Shown here one piece after another: positions 63,132 to 64,000 of a DNA stretch of 64,000 bases. The DNA is from Phototrophicaceae bacterium. GTDB taxonomy: Bacteria; Chloroflexota; Anaerolineae; Aggregatilineales; Phototrophicaceae. The translations under genes and the position numbers were made by a program. Where the stretch lies: positions 1,637,078 to 1,701,077 of the forward strand of contig OZ242333.1 of NCBI GenBank assembly GCA_965208285.1, in the 5' to 3' direction. Below the pieces are notes generated by a model, which made no database searches, had not been told where the DNA came from, and worked only from the letters and a program-made list of their open reading frames with translations. Positions within the stretch are counted from its first letter, which is position 1; every line of letters starts with the position of its first letter.

Positions 63132-63961
63132 CAGCCTTCCTGCGCCCTGGATATCGCCTTCTCAATGCGCTGATGCAGGTCGGCCAGGCGCTCGCAGGCA
63201 TCGTTGAGTTCGACGATATCCTCGCGACGCTCGATCAGGGGGCGTGTGGGGTGGCTGATGCGATTGCGGACGCCCTGCAGGTCCATCGCCTTGCGGCATT
63301 GGCTGTTGGATGCGAATCCCAGCAGGTTTCGGACGTCATCGTGTTTGCGGGCGATGTCGGTGATGTCGCCCAGGTCCATCATCTGCAGCAATTCCAGCTC
63401 AACGTCACCACGGGCCTGGCGCACGCGGTCCGCCTGCAGCCTGTCCCAGCGTGCCGCGGTGAAGAAGGGGCGAAAGTCTTCGTCGCCGTCCAGTACGAGC
63501 CGGAGCAGGCGGGCCAGTTCCATCTCAAAGTGCGCGACCAGCAGATAAACGCTGGCCCGCGCCGGGATTTTGTTGAGGTCTGCGGGAGCCACAAGGCCAA
63601 CGACGGCGCTGGCCTGCAGCACCAGGAATACGCGGCCCGGCTGTTGCGCAAAGACCCGTATCAGTTCAAGGATGGAGGTGTCGGTCGCCAGCAGCCAGTC
63701 CGCCGTGAGCGGCAGGGGCATGGCGCCGGCGGCGAGGTCGTCGCGGCTGATGACGCCATCCAGGCCCTTTTCGTCCAGCACCGGGATGAAGCTCAGGTTA
63801 TGGGCGATCGCCGCCTTCACCACGACGTCGCGTGGCTCGCCAACGCGCCAGCAGGTCAAGTCTTCCAGCGGCGTGGCGATGTCGAGTACCGTATAGTCCG
63901 GCTCGAAGCTGGCCCTCATGGGTTTCCCTGTACCTGCGTCGCCGTCGATTGTGAGCGTCAC
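63131..63961 (-). CDS. CBS-pair protein with a C-terminal HEPN-like (Swt1-type) domain
   Basis: Two CBS-like repeats (AIAHNLSFIPVLDEKGLDGVISRDDL and ILELIRVFAQQPGRVFLVLQASAVVGLVAPADL). An R-N-R-I-S-H (Rx4H) motif is encoded at 63251-63268 within a helical C-terminal domain. The start is GTG 63961 or ATG 63919. Confidence 0.6.
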   Translation of the reverse strand: MTLTIDGDAGTGKPMRASFEPDYTVLDIATPLEDLTCWRVGEPRDVVVKAAIAHNLSFIPVLDEKGLDGVISRDDLAAGAMPLPLTADWLLATDTSILELIRVFAQQPGRVFLVLQASAVVGLVAPADLNKIPARASVYLLVAHFEMELARLLRLVLDGDEDFRPFFTAARWDRLQADRVRQARGDVELELLQMMDLGDITDIARKHDDVRNLLGFASNSQCRKAMDLQGVRNRISHPTRPLIERREDIVELNDACERLADLHQRIEKAISRAQEG

Positions 63962-63969
63962 TCCGCACG

Positions 63970-63975
63970 ATTATA
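63970..63975 (-). promoter_or_regulatory. Perfect TATAAT hexamer upstream of the CBS-HEPN gene
   Basis: The minus strand reads TATAAT (plus-strand attata at 63970-63975). No convincing -35 was found, and the window ends at 64000. Confidence 0.25.
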
Positions 63976-64000
63976 CTCGGCCCATTCCTTCTGGCCCTGG

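Overview
High-G+C bacterial chromosome segment. Hand-counted 60-nt samples in housekeeping genes give 68-77% G+C. I recognised no rRNA, CRISPR array, transposase or integrase. Some proteins (extended S12 and L15) give a Chloroflexota-like impression, which is unverified.

Layout:
- 0-6 kb: tail of an HhH radical-SAM gene, an inverted-repeat-flanked palindromic repeat element, gap, an orphan 268-aa gene, an overlapping hps-phi (RuMP) pair, a DUF3105 gene and a SpoU/TrmH methyltransferase.
- 6.1-26.9 kb: an uninterrupted str/S10/spc/alpha ribosomal superoperon from rpsL to rpsI. It holds 29 r-protein genes plus fusA, tuf, secY, adk, map, rpoA and truA. infA and rpsD are absent from the positions they occupy in some other bacteria, and truA has no canonical start codon.
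- 27-39.9 kb: cupin, GT1 glycosyltransferase, YcaQ/AlkZ-like glycosylase, methylase-MazG fusion, THUMP methyltransferase, APH-type kinase, amidohydrolase, tRNA-Pro(CGG), CDP-alcohol phosphatidyltransferase, lgt, DinB and lon.
- 45-62 kb: GH13, cupin, LysM L,D-transpeptidase, S9 peptidase, a GntR-linked amidohydrolase cluster, a ZnuABC-like transporter and a GT2/GT4/flippase group.

Best candidates for something new:
1. 39.9-43.0 kb, immediately after lon. A visibly low-G+C islet carries a single-HKD PLD-family nuclease whose ORF overlaps a winged-helix ORF by 91 nt. It also has a divergent promoter region with a 10-nt direct repeat and a small ORF. A 584-aa PHP phosphoesterase / AlbA_2 (Schlafen-type) / unknown C-terminal domain protein follows. 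I read this as a defence-like two-nuclease locus.
2. 43.0-44.5 kb. A protein with an unrecognisable N-terminal region and a C-terminal J domain (HPD) sits with an unknown ~180-aa partner.
3. 62.3-64.0 kb. A translationally coupled CBS-pair + HEPN (RNRISH) protein, a Nudix hydrolase and a small unknown protein suggest a ligand-gated RNase module. Its upstream side is cut by the window edge.

Other points: the ZnuABC-like transporter has a 5x tandem-repeat His/Asp/Glu loop in its binding protein and a Fur/Zur-type 7-1-7 palindrome over its promoter.

All functional calls come from reading the translations and motifs by eye. No database search was possible.
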